A stretch of DNA of 64,000 nucleotides from an uncultured Nitrososphaerales archaeon (GCA_963713605.1 CAVQMO010000010.1:576001-640000); one strand, 5' to 3'; positions 44,627-56,146 are shown, numbered from the stretch's first letter. Numbers and translations: made by a program. Notes: a model not told the origin generated them from the sequence alone.

Positions 44627-45075
44627 CCAATAGTTGCTACAAATGAGCTATCCTTTAAATCTTATCCTACCCCAAGATCTAAAGATTTGAATATCCAGGC
44701 GAGAGTGTTTATCTGGTTTATAGGATCATTCATACAATTCACTAAAAATTCAATGAATGTATATATCGCATTCGGTTACCTGCAGAAATCCGTCTAGTTA
44801 CTCTACAAAAAATGAGATGGATTGTTTGTCTATCATGTAAATGCCTATTTTGTAAAAGTTTCAACCCAGTTGATACATTTGTGCTCGTTCAGATCAAGAC
44901 GACACTCCTGTTCCCTCGATGAAATCTGATTACGCGGGTCTTAAGGCTGCTTTTCCCTCACAAAATACTTAGCTCTGAGAATTAATTTTATATTCCACAT
45001 CCGTCTGGACGCTTTGAATTCACGCACGATTCTTCATATTTAAATTGGACTTGCTTATGTGAATTATTAGTCCTC

Positions 45076-46081
45076 ATGAAGGTCGCTATTTCTGTGAATC
45101 AAGCGAGAGACTCGACACTACTTCATCAAATCAAGAAAGCCCTAGACTATGGTGGTTTCAGTGTTCAACTAATGAGAGATGGCGACTATCATGCCGCAAG
45201 GGATGTTGATCTCATCATCTCTGCTGGAGGTGATCGAGGGATTCTAGATTATTTTCATAAGATGGTTACAGATTCTGCCCCTGTCCTGGGAATATACGAA
45301 TCTGATTCGACAGGATTCCTTGCACAACTCGATGTTCGCGATCTAGAAGCATCTCTATCTCGAATAGACAAAGGAAACTTCGAGATCGACCAGGTGTTTA
45401 GAATTGCGGTGAAGGTAGATGGCAGGGAGGTAGAACCAGTACCTCAACGACGTGGCAGTATTCCCAAGTAAAAGTGCAACTCTAATGGAGCATGTTTTGA
45501 GAATAGATGATAAAACTGTCTGGCGTGACAACAGTGATGGCCTGATTCTGTCTACCCCAACTGGTTCCACTGCTTATTCAATGTCCGCTGGTGGTCCCAT
45601 GGTTTTACAGAAATCTCAGGTCTTCGTTGTGGTATCTGTTAATTCGTTGGACAACACGCGACGACCTTTGATAATCCCAAATGATACCACCGTAGAGGTG
45701 GCTGATATAGTTAGCAGGTATCATTGTGAAATTGTTCTTGATGGAGGCACTAGGATGGGAATTAAGAAATCGCTTCAATGCTCCAAACATCAGGTTCCAG
45801 CTAAATTAGTTAGACTCTCAGGAAATTCGTCAGTAATCTCCCTAATTGCCAAAAAAGTAAGACTTGCTGAGGATTTGTTGAGTATGCCACCAAGTGCAAA
45901 GTTGCTTCTGAAGACTTTAGAGTATGAAGGTGCCCTAAGTCAGAGAGATCTATCGACTCGGACTATGCTGCCAGAACGAACAGTGAGGTTAGCATTAAGG
46001 CATCTTCTCACGCGCGGCTATGTGAAAAAGAAGACTTCTCTTCGTGATGCCAGGCAGCGAATCTATGAGCTCAAGCTCTAG
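45076..46081 (+). CDS. NAD-kinase-like protein fused to a C-terminal winged HTH (frameshift at ~45443)
   Basis: GGDR (variant of GGDG), VLND, DGLILSTPTGSTAYSMSAGGP; C-terminal MPPSAKLLLKTLEYEGALSQRDL...PERTVRLAL. Confidence 0.85.
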
Positions 46082-47702
46082 CTGAGGCGGATTCTATAAA
46101 AGCCAAAAAACTCTTTTCTGGCTTTCCCAGCCTACTACTAAATTCAGAATGGTATTGTGTTGCGAAATAAAATTTGTGCTTTGGTATCTCCAATATTTCC
46201 GTGCGTTTGCCCCCATCTGAAAATCCAGATAATACCAATCCCCCTTTTTCCAAGGTTTCTAGATATCTTTGGTTAAGTTCATATCGGTGGCGGTGTCTTC
46301 CATAAATAGTGTTTGTATGGTAAATTTTCTCCGCCATAGTGCTCGTTCTGATAGTGACTTTATGACTTCCTAATCTCATAGAGCCTCCTAGTTTAACATT
46401 ATCCCGCTGCTCAGGCATAAATTCCACGATCGGATCTCTGACTTTCGGGTTTACCTCTACCGAGCTAGCCTCCCTAATTCCACAGGCATGCCTTGCAAAC
46501 GCAACCAAAGCGAGCTGAAATCCAAAACAGATTCCCAAGTAAGGTATATTTCTAGTCCTTGCGTATTCTGCGGTCCTAATAATTCCTTCACTCCCTCTTC
46601 TGCCGAAACCTCCAGGGACGACGATCCCATCAAATTTGTTTAAATATTCGATGCTGTGAAAGTTGTCAGTCTGCTCAAATCTTTCAGATTCGATCCATTC
46701 TACTTGCAGTTTCTTTCTAATCTGTGCCACTGAGTGTGATAAAGCATGATAGACGCTGACATAGCTGTCTGGAAGAGAAACATACTTGCCTACGACAGCT
46801 ATTACAACTGACCCCTTGTGATTGTAAAAACCTCTTGTAACTGATTTCCAATCACCCAAAAGAGGTTTTCTCCGTTTAAGCAATATCTTGTTACCTACGG
46901 CATTAACTATGTGCTGTTTTTGGAGCATCTCCGGAACGTTGTAGATCGAAGGAGCATCGTGACATGAAATTACATTTTGTTCTGGTACGCTTGCAAAGAG
47001 TGAAATCTTGTGTCTAACTTCTGAGGTTAAGGGTGTGGTACACCTGACTGCTAGTATGTCCGGTTGTATCCCAATTCTCCTTAGCTCTTGTACGCTGTGT
47101 TGTGTAGGTTTGGTTTTTTGTTCTCCGACTACATCTAAAACTGGTGCAAGGGTAACGTGAATTACAAGTGTATTGACATCTCCCACTTCCAATTCTAATT
47201 GCCTCAATGCTTCTAGAAATGGCAAGCTTTCAATGTCTCCGACTGTGCCACCACACTCAACAACGAGAATGTCTAGGTTATTTTCTCTTGATACCTCCCT
47301 TAATCTTTCCTTTATAGTATCCGTGATGTGAGGGATTATTTGCACACATTGGCCGAGATATTTCCCACCTCTCTCTGCTTGAATGACGTCCGAATATATC
47401 CTTCCAGTAGTTATGTTATGTTCTTTGGAAATTGAGATATCGAGAAAACGTTCATACGTTCCTAAGTCCATGTCGCATTCTCCTCCGTCTTCGGTGACAA
47501 ATACTTCACCATGAGCAGTTGGGTTCATCGTTCCAGCGTCATAGTTAATGTATGGATCTATCTTTACGCAGGAAACGTTGTAGCCACATAGCTGCAAGAG
47601 TTTGGCCACTGAGGCTGTAATTACTCCCTTACCTAAACCAGACATAACTCCGCCGGTAATGAAAATAAATTTACAATTTGTATTGTTCCTTTTAGACTGC
47701 AC
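46071..47702 (-). CDS. pyrG: CTP synthase
   Basis: GGVMSGLGKG, KIDPY, KTKPTQHSV, GICFG, RHRHRYE, QYHSE. Confidence 0.96.
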   Translation of the reverse strand: MQSKRNNTNCKFIFITGGVMSGLGKGVITASVAKLLQLCGYNVSCVKIDPYINYDAGTMNPTAHGEVFVTEDGGECDMDLGTYERFLDISISKEHNITTGRIYSDVIQAERGGKYLGQCVQIIPHITDTIKERLREVSRENNLDILVVECGGTVGDIESLPFLEALRQLELEVGDVNTLVIHVTLAPVLDVVGEQKTKPTQHSVQELRRIGIQPDILAVRCTTPLTSEVRHKISLFASVPEQNVISCHDAPSIYNVPEMLQKQHIVNAVGNKILLKRRKPLLGDWKSVTRGFYNHKGSVVIAVVGKYVSLPDSYVSVYHALSHSVAQIRKKLQVEWIESERFEQTDNFHSIEYLNKFDGIVVPGGFGRRGSEGIIRTAEYARTRNIPYLGICFGFQLALVAFARHACGIREASSVEVNPKVRDPIVEFMPEQRDNVKLGGSMRLGSHKVTIRTSTMAEKIYHTNTIYGRHRHRYELNQRYLETLEKGGLVLSGFSDGGKRTEILEIPKHKFYFATQYHSEFSSRLGKPEKSFLAFIESASARA

Positions 47703-48243
47703 ATCCAGGTTTTACAAATCTTATTAATAAACCAATATTGGTATGATAAACTTTTGATCCCAATGACAATCATGATGATCGTGAAGATATCCCGCTTTTC
47801 ATAACAGGGCTAGAGGCCAATGCTACCCAAAACGGCCAAGTCTTTCCCAGATTGGAGATGATCAAAGTGACGAAAAGCGTCACTTAGCCATACTAAAGGT
47901 GTGGTGATATTAATCTCCTTTCATCTATGGCTTAGGTCTTGGTCAGTTAACAATGATAGGATAATTACACTCAACTGACTAGATAGGCATCTATGTATTC
48001 TACTGATGATCGTCCTGTGGCTTGGCCGGCCACGATGAGTCCTACGTCTAATCCTGCCGTAAAAGGAGAATTAGTCGTGACAGATTAACGCCAACACTGC
48101 ACAGATAGTCGAAATGCATCTAAACCGTTGTCATTTTGAGCAACTTTGTCATATCGGGTAACCTCGTGATGAAGCTGTGTAGATAAATATGGATCTAGAC
48201 TGCTAACATAAAACCATTTTTTGACATTTTTGATATCCTTCTG

Positions 48244-48760
48244 TCAAAGGAGAATACTTTTGATTGCCTCGTGATCTCCAAGTAACGCGTTGATAAGTTT
48301 GTGTCTTTCTTCAGTGGGCATTCCCTCTGCAGATAGAGATGTATCCAGTGAATCAATAGCTTGAAGTTTCCATCGATTGTGGATTGCAAGTCCTATTGTA
48401 TTGTGGGTCTCATAGACCACCTTTCCAAGTGAAGTAAGAACAAATCTAGCTCCCTTCCTACGAATCAAACCTACCTCGCGGAAGCGGTTGATGCGCGAAT
48501 AATATTGCTTACGAGTCAGATTCATACGTGATATCAAAATCTCGGCGATGGGTTGCTGCTGCTCCTGTGATGGTCCATCTTCTGCTGCCTGATGCAGGAT
48601 TTGACGTGTTTGCAATGGTATTGAACAATGAGAGGGATTTGCTATCGGATACAGCAGAGAGCATTGATGAAAGTGTACTGATATCTGAGGCTGTTTGCTG
48701 ATATAAATTTTTGTTACCTTTCTTAGAAAGCGAGTCAAATACTCTCTGATTTAGGGACAT
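48244..48760 (-). CDS. wHTH protein of the LTRKQYYSR type (frameshift at ~48588)
   Basis: LSAVSDSKSLSLFNTIA...MNLTRKQYYSRINRFREVGLIRRKGARFVLTSLGK...WKLQAIDSL. Confidence 0.75.
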
Positions 48761-48802
48761 TTGTCTTTAATGTTATGAGGGTTGAAGAAGGATATTTAAG
48801 TC

Positions 48803-48819
48803 TTGCTTAACTTAAGCAA
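48803..48819. promoter_or_regulatory. Candidate operator palindrome between divergent HTH genes
   Basis: TTGCTTAA-C-TTAAGCAA, adjacent to a minus-strand TATA-like CTTAAATA (48793-48800) and upstream of a plus-strand TATAAATA (~48844). Confidence 0.5.
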
Positions 48820-48888
48820 AACCTACAAACATCACCCAACATCTATAAATACTCCTTGATAGACAACGGTTGACATAGGAAGGAGGGA

Positions 48889-49305
48889 ATGTTCACTACT
48901 ACTATGTCAATTCATTCATCATCAGTTCTTTCGATTACCAGAGTTAACTCAGCAATAAGAGATCTTATTGCCTTTCTTTTTGATCTATCCCCTTTGGATT
49001 TGGAAGTATTGCTATTCTTGATCAAGATCAATCCAGAGTCTAGTACTCTAGAAGAGTTGGCTAAGAAAGCAGATAGGGATAAAAGTACAACGTTTAGGTC
49101 TTTACAGAAACTAGTAAATCAACGCATTGTGAGTAAGGAAACTAGAACTTTGAAGGAAAGAGGGTACTACCATGTATATGCTTCAATAGATACGGAAAGT
49201 TTCAAGATAGAGACAGAAAAAAGAATAACAGAAATAAAAAGGAGTTTAGACAGAATGCTAAAGAACTTTGAAGTTGAACTAGATACGGCTTTGCAATCGT
49301 CATAA
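48889..49305 (+). CDS. TrmB/MarR-like HTH regulator
   Basis: LSPLDLEVL...TLEELAKKADRDKSTTFRSLQKL...RGYYHVY; SD-like AGGAGG upstream. Confidence 0.8.
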   Translation: MFTTTMSIHSSSVLSITRVNSAIRDLIAFLFDLSPLDLEVLLFLIKINPESSTLEELAKKADRDKSTTFRSLQKLVNQRIVSKETRTLKERGYYHVYASIDTESFKIETEKRITEIKRSLDRMLKNFEVELDTALQSS

Positions 49306-50016
49306 CAAGCTAATCTTAGTATTTCTAGAGGGAGGTACTACATATTCCAATGTGGTATCCTAGGTGAGGCTGTTTTCTGCTTTCGAAAAAGAAATCACGG
49401 CTAAATCGTCTTCTATTTCTGCGAATATCTGCGGATACCCGACCCCTTTAGCTTGTTTTCATCAGTTGGGTGGCGATCGAATATCGTCAGTAGATGGTGA
49501 CGGAGTAGGAGGAAGAGGGATAAATTTTGAACATTCTGTCGTATCCATATCAGATCGTCCTGGATCCTTAACGCATTATTCGGCAAGACTCTGAAGCATT
49601 AGTACGGAGTCAATATCCTCAAGAACTGCGCAGATATACGAGAGAAGAACAGAAGCGGCGGTAACAGCATTGGCCGAATCAGCACTTTCATTTGTCTTAT
49701 TCGGGAAAGTTTTGTTTGGGATTGCCAGGATGAGTTAAGTTGGAGTAGTGTTAGTCGGTGAATATAGGCATCTCTTCTAAGATTACAGAACATTATTACA
49801 GAATGGCTTTACCTTTGAGCATACCGCAACGTATTTCTTCCGATTATCTTGTAGCCGCTCTCACAAAATAATGCTGTTGCCTTTTTGTGCAGAGTTTACC
49901 GTAGGAGTATCCGGTTAACACGTCTGAGCCTTATCACCTAACACATGACAAATTGCTCTATAGGTTTAACTTCCTACCAGTGGTAGTTGTTGTTGATCTT
50001 GTCGTTGTTGTTATTA

Positions 50017-50514
50017 TCATAATACCTTCATCCCCATCTTCTTTGAAGAAGGTACTGCTTCTACTACAACTGCTGCTCGTGCTCCTGTTGCCATCACCTT
50101 CTCACTATATTTGTCTTGTGAAGACTGGGAAAGGATCTCCCTTATTTCCTCATTGTCTATAAGCAAGTTCATAATCTTAACAAGCTCGTCTTGTACAGGA
50201 GAAGCTGAATTCATTTCCAGGGAGTCGATTGCCTTGAGCTTCCATTGACAACTTACACCTTGTCCTATTAGTTTCTGAGCCTTGTACACAACCTTTCCGA
50301 ATGAAGTTACCCTATACGTTCCCTTCTCTCTCTTTATTAGTCCTGCGGATAGCATACCAAACATTCTAGAATAATACTGTCGTTTAGTGAATCCTAACTT
50401 TTTCAAGATGCTATGAGGATCCAGATCCTGATGAGCTATCATCTCAAATAAAATCAACGTTTTATCGTCGGAGAGTGCTTTTAGAGATCTTTCCACCGTC
50501 ACTGATCGTTCCAT
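50017..50514 (-). CDS. wHTH protein, paralogue of 48244-48760
   Basis: LKALSDDKTLILFEMIA...FTKRQYYSRM...GLIKREKGTYRVTSFGK...WKLKAIDSL. Confidence 0.78.
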   Translation of the reverse strand: MERSVTVERSLKALSDDKTLILFEMIAHQDLDPHSILKKLGFTKRQYYSRMFGMLSAGLIKREKGTYRVTSFGKVVYKAQKLIGQGVSCQWKLKAIDSLEMNSASPVQDELVKIMNLLIDNEEIREILSQSSQDKYSEKVMATGARAAVVVEAVPSSKKMGMKVL

Positions 50515-50808
50515 TATCGCATTTACATTTAAGGTTAAAAATGAGTTAATATTTACTAGACATTGTATCTTGGTTTTTACGTCAATAGGGTAAATATATC
50601 CTTTTTTAAAAAAAATGAGTGGGACTTGAGTTCTTTTTACATATTTAGGCTACTCTCCCAAATCAGCGGAATCACATAATCATGCCATGCAAGGGAAAGT
50701 AGACAGAGAAACGAAACATCCTGTTACTGTCTGGATTTAATACTAATCACTATATGATGGGCTATTAGTCGAAAGCAGTCAGACAATCTATAGATTCTTC
50801 GGAGGCTC

Positions 50809-51273
50809 TTAGTTGCAAAGCGATAGCCTAAAAGAATCAAGTATATCATCGTGTGATGTTTGCTGTTTGCTGTTTGTCCAGCTTCCATCATCTAACATAA
50901 CTGCTGATCGCAGAGATACTATCAGCTTCTGCAACGAAGGATGGATCTTGGTGAATCTCTTGGACATTAGCATATAGGTCCACTGTAGCATCTGTTTATG
51001 TTTCTTCTGAAAGTTGACTGGAATGATTTGCATGTCTCCGGTCCTCATATTCCATGAATCTTCATTTATTCTTTCAAAGAAGGGAGCAACGTTATTGCTG
51101 CGTCAATGTCTGACGTTGCCGATTAGACCTAGATACTTTAAGTTATACTCCCTCTCAAATGACGGAGATGCTTTCGCTGCTTGGATCTCCTTTGCCGTAT
51201 AGATCTTGTCTAATCCGTAAGTATAATCCAAGAACAGACGACGATATAGACATGTAGACTCTGGTTCCTTTTC
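50809..51273 (-). pseudogene. Relic of a viral terminase large subunit
   Basis: Fragments EKEPESTCLYRRLFLDYTYGLDKIYTAKEIQAAKASPSFEREYNLKYLGLIGNV / DIDAAI / IIPVNF...IHPSLQKLIVSLRSA...SHDDILDSFRLSL. FEREY linker and HDDxxD nuclease motif are present; the ATPase part is absent. Confidence 0.62.
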
Positions 51274-51620
51274 AGATGATGGGAAAATAAGTTCGCTTAG
51301 GGTGATCTTCGATCCACGACCTTACCTTCAGCGGCAAGGCGATAGTTAGTTTTGGTATGCGTTGAATGGAAGCCATCAGTAACCAAGTAAATCCTTGATC
51401 GCTCGTCGGACTTATTTCCAAAGCTATTTTCTTGAGCGTGTTTTTGACCAGAAATAACCTCAACTTGATCGTTGGGCAATGTCGAACTTATGCTTTGGTA
51501 TCATTTATTATACGTATATCCGTCTTACAAATCTTATTATTATTCCTTTTTTTTGTTACAAACGTACTCGTTAGTTAGTTTGTGAGTATAATTGTATGAC
51601 AATTGCGGGCGGGTTTAGGT

Positions 51621-51911
51621 TCAATAGAGGTGCTCCTCTACATATCCTACGTTCAGAAAAAATGTGGTTAGGTGATGAATATACTCATTATCTTTATTTA
51701 GGCTGTAGACGGAGTTAGCAAGTCTGCTTTCATTTACCCACCCTATGGATTTGAGATCATGGAGATTCCTCTTGATATCTTCTCTCTTCAGATGAGTCTT
51801 TTTTTGCAATGCATAAATCGTGAGCATCCTAGGTTCCTCTGTCAAGGCTTTCAATATCTTCACCCTTCCAATACTTCCTAACCCAATTTCCACAGTCTCT
51901 ACGGCGTTCAT
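51621..51911 (-). CDS. Small wHTH protein downstream of cdc6
   Basis: GLGSIGRVKILKAL...LTIYALQKKTHLKREDIKRNLHDL...GWV. Confidence 0.75.
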   Translation of the reverse strand: MNAVETVEIGLGSIGRVKILKALTEEPRMLTIYALQKKTHLKREDIKRNLHDLKSIGWVNESRLANSVYSLNKDNEYIHHLTTFFLNVGYVEEHLY

Positions 51912-51924
51912 TTGTGTTCGTTAA

Positions 51925-53091
51925 TTAATGTCGTCGTGTTAGCTTTACTTTTCTTTGAATCATTGACTCAAGCTCTTCCAAAGATTGAGATGGTATTCCT
52001 ATATCTCTTAATGAGTTCACTTCAATAATTTTTCTAGCGTGAAGATCATGCAAATGGTCTTCTATGTCTAGTTTTTTTAATTTGAATTCTTGCATCAGTT
52101 CCATCGAAGAAAGTCGTATCTCCTTAAGTTCTGCATAGTGTCTCTTTTTCATTCGCAAAGTTCTAACGAGGGCCAGTAACGTATACGTCTGATTCATTGA
52201 TAGATCGTTAAAGTCTTCAGGGGTCATAGAGGGCATTATTCTGCCATACACTTCCCTTATCTGGTCAAGTGTTATTCTGCCCGTAGCTCGCGCCTCGGCA
52301 AGATTTCCTGCATAGAGAAGTAAATCTAGCGCAAACCGTATGTCACTATTGTTGTGCGGCATTATCGTCATCTTTGCTATTTCATCGATCATGTCCGATC
52401 CGATAGCTGTGTCATTAAATGCTTCAGAGCATCTCTTGACCAATATATCAGTAACCTGTTCAAGAGTGTATGGAAAAAATTCCATTGGAAATCGACCAAG
52501 TGTGCTTATTTCAGCTTGGTCCAGTTTACCGTGGAATTCTTTGCTTCTGGCAATGAATATTACTCCTTTCACATCACATGAACTGTCAGGTTCGAATTCA
52601 TTGAGTCTTGTCAAATCATAGATTATTCCAGTATCTTTCGTAGTCTTAATTAAATAGTCAATTTCATCTAATACAATTAGACCATACTTCTTCTTCAGAT
52701 GAAGATGATGTAAAAGATATCGAAGCATTTCCTCCGCACTAAGGCCCTGTGAAGGTAAATCAGGTGCAAATTTTTCTAATAAAAATCTGTAAATACCATA
52801 CTTGTTGCCGCCCTGGAGCTTCAAATTTACATAGGCTACATTGAGTGAATGTCCGTGATTATCAAATTCTTCGGCCACAATCTTCGAAGCCTTGAGAACG
52901 CTAGATGTTTTTCCGAGTCCAGCAGGACCAATCAGCTGTATTATAGAAAGAGGGAATTTATCCGGGTTTGTGTATGACTCTTTAAAAACATCTCTGATCC
53001 TGTTTATCTCTCTTTCTCTATGAGGGAGCTCTGTTGGAATATACCTAGGCGATAGCTTAGATCTATCTTTGAATATTATGCTCTCTGACAT
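51925..53091 (-). CDS. cdc6: Orc1/Cdc6-family replication initiator
   Basis: LSPRYIPTELPHRERE, GPAGLGKT, IVLDEID, DLTRL, DIRFALDLL. Confidence 0.9.
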   Translation of the reverse strand: MSESIIFKDRSKLSPRYIPTELPHREREINRIRDVFKESYTNPDKFPLSIIQLIGPAGLGKTSSVLKASKIVAEEFDNHGHSLNVAYVNLKLQGGNKYGIYRFLLEKFAPDLPSQGLSAEEMLRYLLHHLHLKKKYGLIVLDEIDYLIKTTKDTGIIYDLTRLNEFEPDSSCDVKGVIFIARSKEFHGKLDQAEISTLGRFPMEFFPYTLEQVTDILVKRCSEAFNDTAIGSDMIDEIAKMTIMPHNNSDIRFALDLLLYAGNLAEARATGRITLDQIREVYGRIMPSMTPEDFNDLSMNQTYTLLALVRTLRMKKRHYAELKEIRLSSMELMQEFKLKKLDIEDHLHDLHARKIIEVNSLRDIGIPSQSLEELESMIQRKVKLTRRH

Positions 53092-53511
53092 AGTGGATTA
53101 TCCAGAATACCCATAACTGTGATATAATATTACTTGCCGTACTAATTAGACTTGATCAAAATTCAACTAATTCACAATCACTATTTATGAGAAAACATAC
53201 CTCTCTATCCACAAACATCTCATCGATTACGTGGCGGTAATCTTCATCCCTCTTAAAGGTCAGTTCGCCCGTCAGGCGCCACGTTTATCTAACTGTGTTA
53301 ATCAGTTACTCAGTATTAAATTTAACTTTGATAAAAACAAAAATCATTAATCCGTCCTCAAAATATTGAGGCAAATAAAAACGAAAGTATTCAAATATCA
53401 TGCACTTGGCCCCAAGCAGTGAAGAGATGAAGGTTCTCCCTTGAAAAAGTGCAGGTAATTCGAGAATATGAGGCACTAGTAGGTTGCTTCGTTTTTTGGA
53501 CGAAGCAGATA

Positions 53512-53757
53512 TTACTTGGTCGGCACACTCGATACCGAAGTTTCATTCAGATAATATTCTCTTGCACCTACGAAAATCTTGTAATAGCACTCGTTTACAT
53601 CTTCCAAGGTAAGATCAGCATGCTTGTTAGCAGCCCTAGCAGTACAATTGAAATATTTAGTCAAGGCGAGCGCAGGCACTACTGTGCTAAAGACTACGGC
53701 GCATACTAACGCAGCTGACACTATTGCCAGCAATGTGGATTTTCTTGTGAGGCTCAT
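53512..53757 (-). CDS. Small secreted protein with a Cys pair
   Basis: Signal peptide ending ALA; mature part LTKYFNCTARAANKHADLTLEDVNECYYKIF. Confidence 0.6.
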   Translation of the reverse strand: MSLTRKSTLLAIVSAALVCAVVFSTVVPALALTKYFNCTARAANKHADLTLEDVNECYYKIFVGAREYYLNETSVSSVPTK

Positions 53758-54021
53758 ATTGATGAGCTTATTCTATTTGTTTTATAAGAAATATGTAGAC
53801 AGGTTCTATGAGAAAGTACATTAATGAATATCGAGGTACCTTTGACAAGGACTATTTTCTGCTCCCAATTAATCATCTAATAAATTGAAACGTACTCACG
53901 CTATAATAGGAATATCAAATCGTTTTTTACACTAGACACTAAAGGTCTAAACTGATTTAAACACCCTTTAAAAAACTGAGTCACAGGTTCGTTCACGCTA
54001 CACCCGGCAAGGGCATCATCT

Positions 54022-54231
54022 TCATGTCCTTATGACCGTTGTATGGATATCAGAAGATAGTGCTCCAGTCGACACGCCTACTCCTGCCACGATAAGTCCC
54101 GCCTCGCCTCGTGAGATCATTCCAATTCCGACCCTGAATGCTATCATCTTGTCTTTCAAAAATATGATTGAGGAAAAGTCCACATCTACCGCGAATGAAA
54201 CAATATCAATATAATTCAAGAAGGATGTCAT
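54022..54231 (-). pseudogene. Fragment of a CPA2 Na+(K+)/H+ antiporter
   Basis: RVGIGMISRGEAGLIVAGVG...LSSDIHTTVI matches the last CPA2 helices; the rest of the gene is absent. Confidence 0.65.
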
Positions 54232-54306
54232 AGATGAGATTGGTTTGTACTAGTAGATATATACTGAATTTTCTAATAGTCTGTTTTTCTAATAATCTGT
54301 CAATAA

Positions 54307-54531
54307 ATGACGTATAGTCTTTATAAGAACGCTAATGAGGATGAGCAAAGAAGTGTAATAGTATTGTCTACAACGGCAGGAGCAAGGCTGTATGCTATCT
54401 GGAAGCAGAAGAAGGACCGATGGTATATTGAGTCAAGGAATGAAAGGAATACAGGTAACGTGGTGGTGGATATACTTACCCCGCGCCAATTTCAAGATGC
54501 GATCGAGAAGGGATATTACTTCTTTGAGTAA
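54307..54531 (+). CDS. Hypothetical protein
   Basis: 74-aa ORF with ATG and an AT-rich upstream region; no motif recognised. Confidence 0.45.
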   Translation: MTYSLYKNANEDEQRSVIVLSTTAGARLYAIWKQKKDRWYIESRNERNTGNVVVDILTPRQFQDAIEKGYYFFE

Positions 54532-54789
54532 GATCTATCGCCTATGTATTCACTGATGATTAGATCTCTCCCCTTCGATGTTATTATATAGGCCCCGCTT
54601 GTGTTCTGCCTAATCCATCCTGTGTCCCTAAAAAAATCCAAGACCTCTAAAACAAGTTTGTCATCGTAATCAAGCGCTTCTGTCATTCTTTCAATACCCG
54701 TCGTGATCCTTTACAAGACTTGAAAGAAGATATTTTGCCATGTCTAGGCCTATTAGTTCACGAATACTGGCGACTTGGTCACGTATCAC
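54516..54789 (-). CDS. Small wHTH-like protein (frameshift at ~54709; absent from the ORF track)
   Basis: Repaired translation ...LVKITTGIERMTEALDYDDKLVLEVLDFFRDTGWIRQNTSGAYIITSKG; the GWI...YxxTxKG wing motif. Confidence 0.55.
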
Positions 54790-55723
54790 AGATACTCACC
54801 ATCTTCGTCATATTGTTCACCTTTAAAGCTGTCGGGGAATGAGAAAGAAGACAAGTGAAAGACTCACAAGTATCACTAATACGTGTACATTGACCGGAGA
54901 AAGCGATTGGTTTGTGTACATTTGAGTTTGTTGGTTACACCCTTAGTGAAAAAAGCTTAGAGTTACCTCATCTTGTGGAAGGGCCATAGAATAGAAGGTC
55001 AGGATAGAAAAAAATACAAAAGGCATCTTCCTGGACAGCGTTAGTGAAACTCGGTAAGTCGATAAGTCTAAGTAGTTTTGTTACGCTTAATCTCTTCATC
55101 AAGACCAGTGCCAACCGCTCTGCTAAGGTTCCTTAACCTTCTTTCTCTCGCAGCTGACTCTAACAAGTCGAGAGGGTAGCTATTACTCTTCTAAGCCGTA
55201 TAAGTATTCTGTTATCATTCAACTTTTATTCTGCGAATACTAGACTTACTTAATCTCCAAATACAAGAAATAATTCGATAGTGTGCAACAGATCATCTCT
55301 TCGCTCAAGAAATGATTCCAAAACAGCATAGATGAAGGTGCATCTCAAACTGGTGGAGGATATCGATTCTCGCGAGGCCAGATTTCAATAAATAAACCAA
55401 CTGTATTTGAAAGCGGTCCTAGCTCACAGGATTCCCAAGGTCGGCTATCATGGGTGACAATCAAAGCTCGCCGGTCCATGTTACTCGGAATAACTGCAAT
55501 GTGCCAGATCACCGGTATAACTTCCTAAGTCTTATTGGTTAAGATGATAAATTATGTATATGAAAAACGCAAACCATTACCTCGTCCGTCATGCATTATT
55601 CCTAGGTGGTTCATAGTTATACAACGCTAGCCTAAATGAATCAAGAATATCATTGTGAGATGTTTGTTGCTTGTCTAGCTTAGCATAGCACAAGTTAACC
55701 AACTACTAATAGTATAGGAGCGT

Positions 55724-56146
55724 CTATGGTTTAGCTATTTCTATTTCTATTAATTTTTTTTCTGACTTTGGCGTTCTCACTTCTCTTTCTAACTTCTCTA
55801 TCCGTTTAGTGAGCTCTCCAACTTGAAGATCTATTTCCTTCTTTATCTGTGGGACACTTCCAATTAACCAATCGTTATTAAGCCTGATACGGTTCCTTTT
55901 GAAGAACTGAAGTATTGCGGACTTCGATAGGTTTTTGGAAGACGGCCTTGAGATGTTTCTTCTACTTAAGATAGATAAGGAAATCAGAGATTACCTCCTC
56001 TTCCTCCTCTGGTTCTCTCTTCAGCAAGTGCAGCAAATCTCCCTCATTGCTCATACCAATGCCAAGTTATTTCAGGAAGCCGTTGAACTGATACTTATAT
56101 TGCCTCGCCGATTGACTCGACTAGAGCCCCTCTGTCACATAATGAA
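55724..56146 (-). pseudogene. Relic of a tyrosine-integrase-like gene (N-terminal domain and tail)
   Basis: EGL*SSQSARQYKYQFNGFLK*LGI...DLLHLL...VISDFLIYLK*EKHL / KSAILQFFKRNRIRLN plus a coiled-coil tail. In-frame stops present; no catalytic RHRY domain seen. Confidence 0.45.

Noticed and set aside
48001..48060. Hammerhead-like CTGATGA followed by a GC hairpin
   Set aside because: The required GAAA core and closing stems are not present.
53092..53450. Replication origin upstream of cdc6
   Set aside because: AT-rich, but I could not see repeated ORB-like boxes with G-strings.
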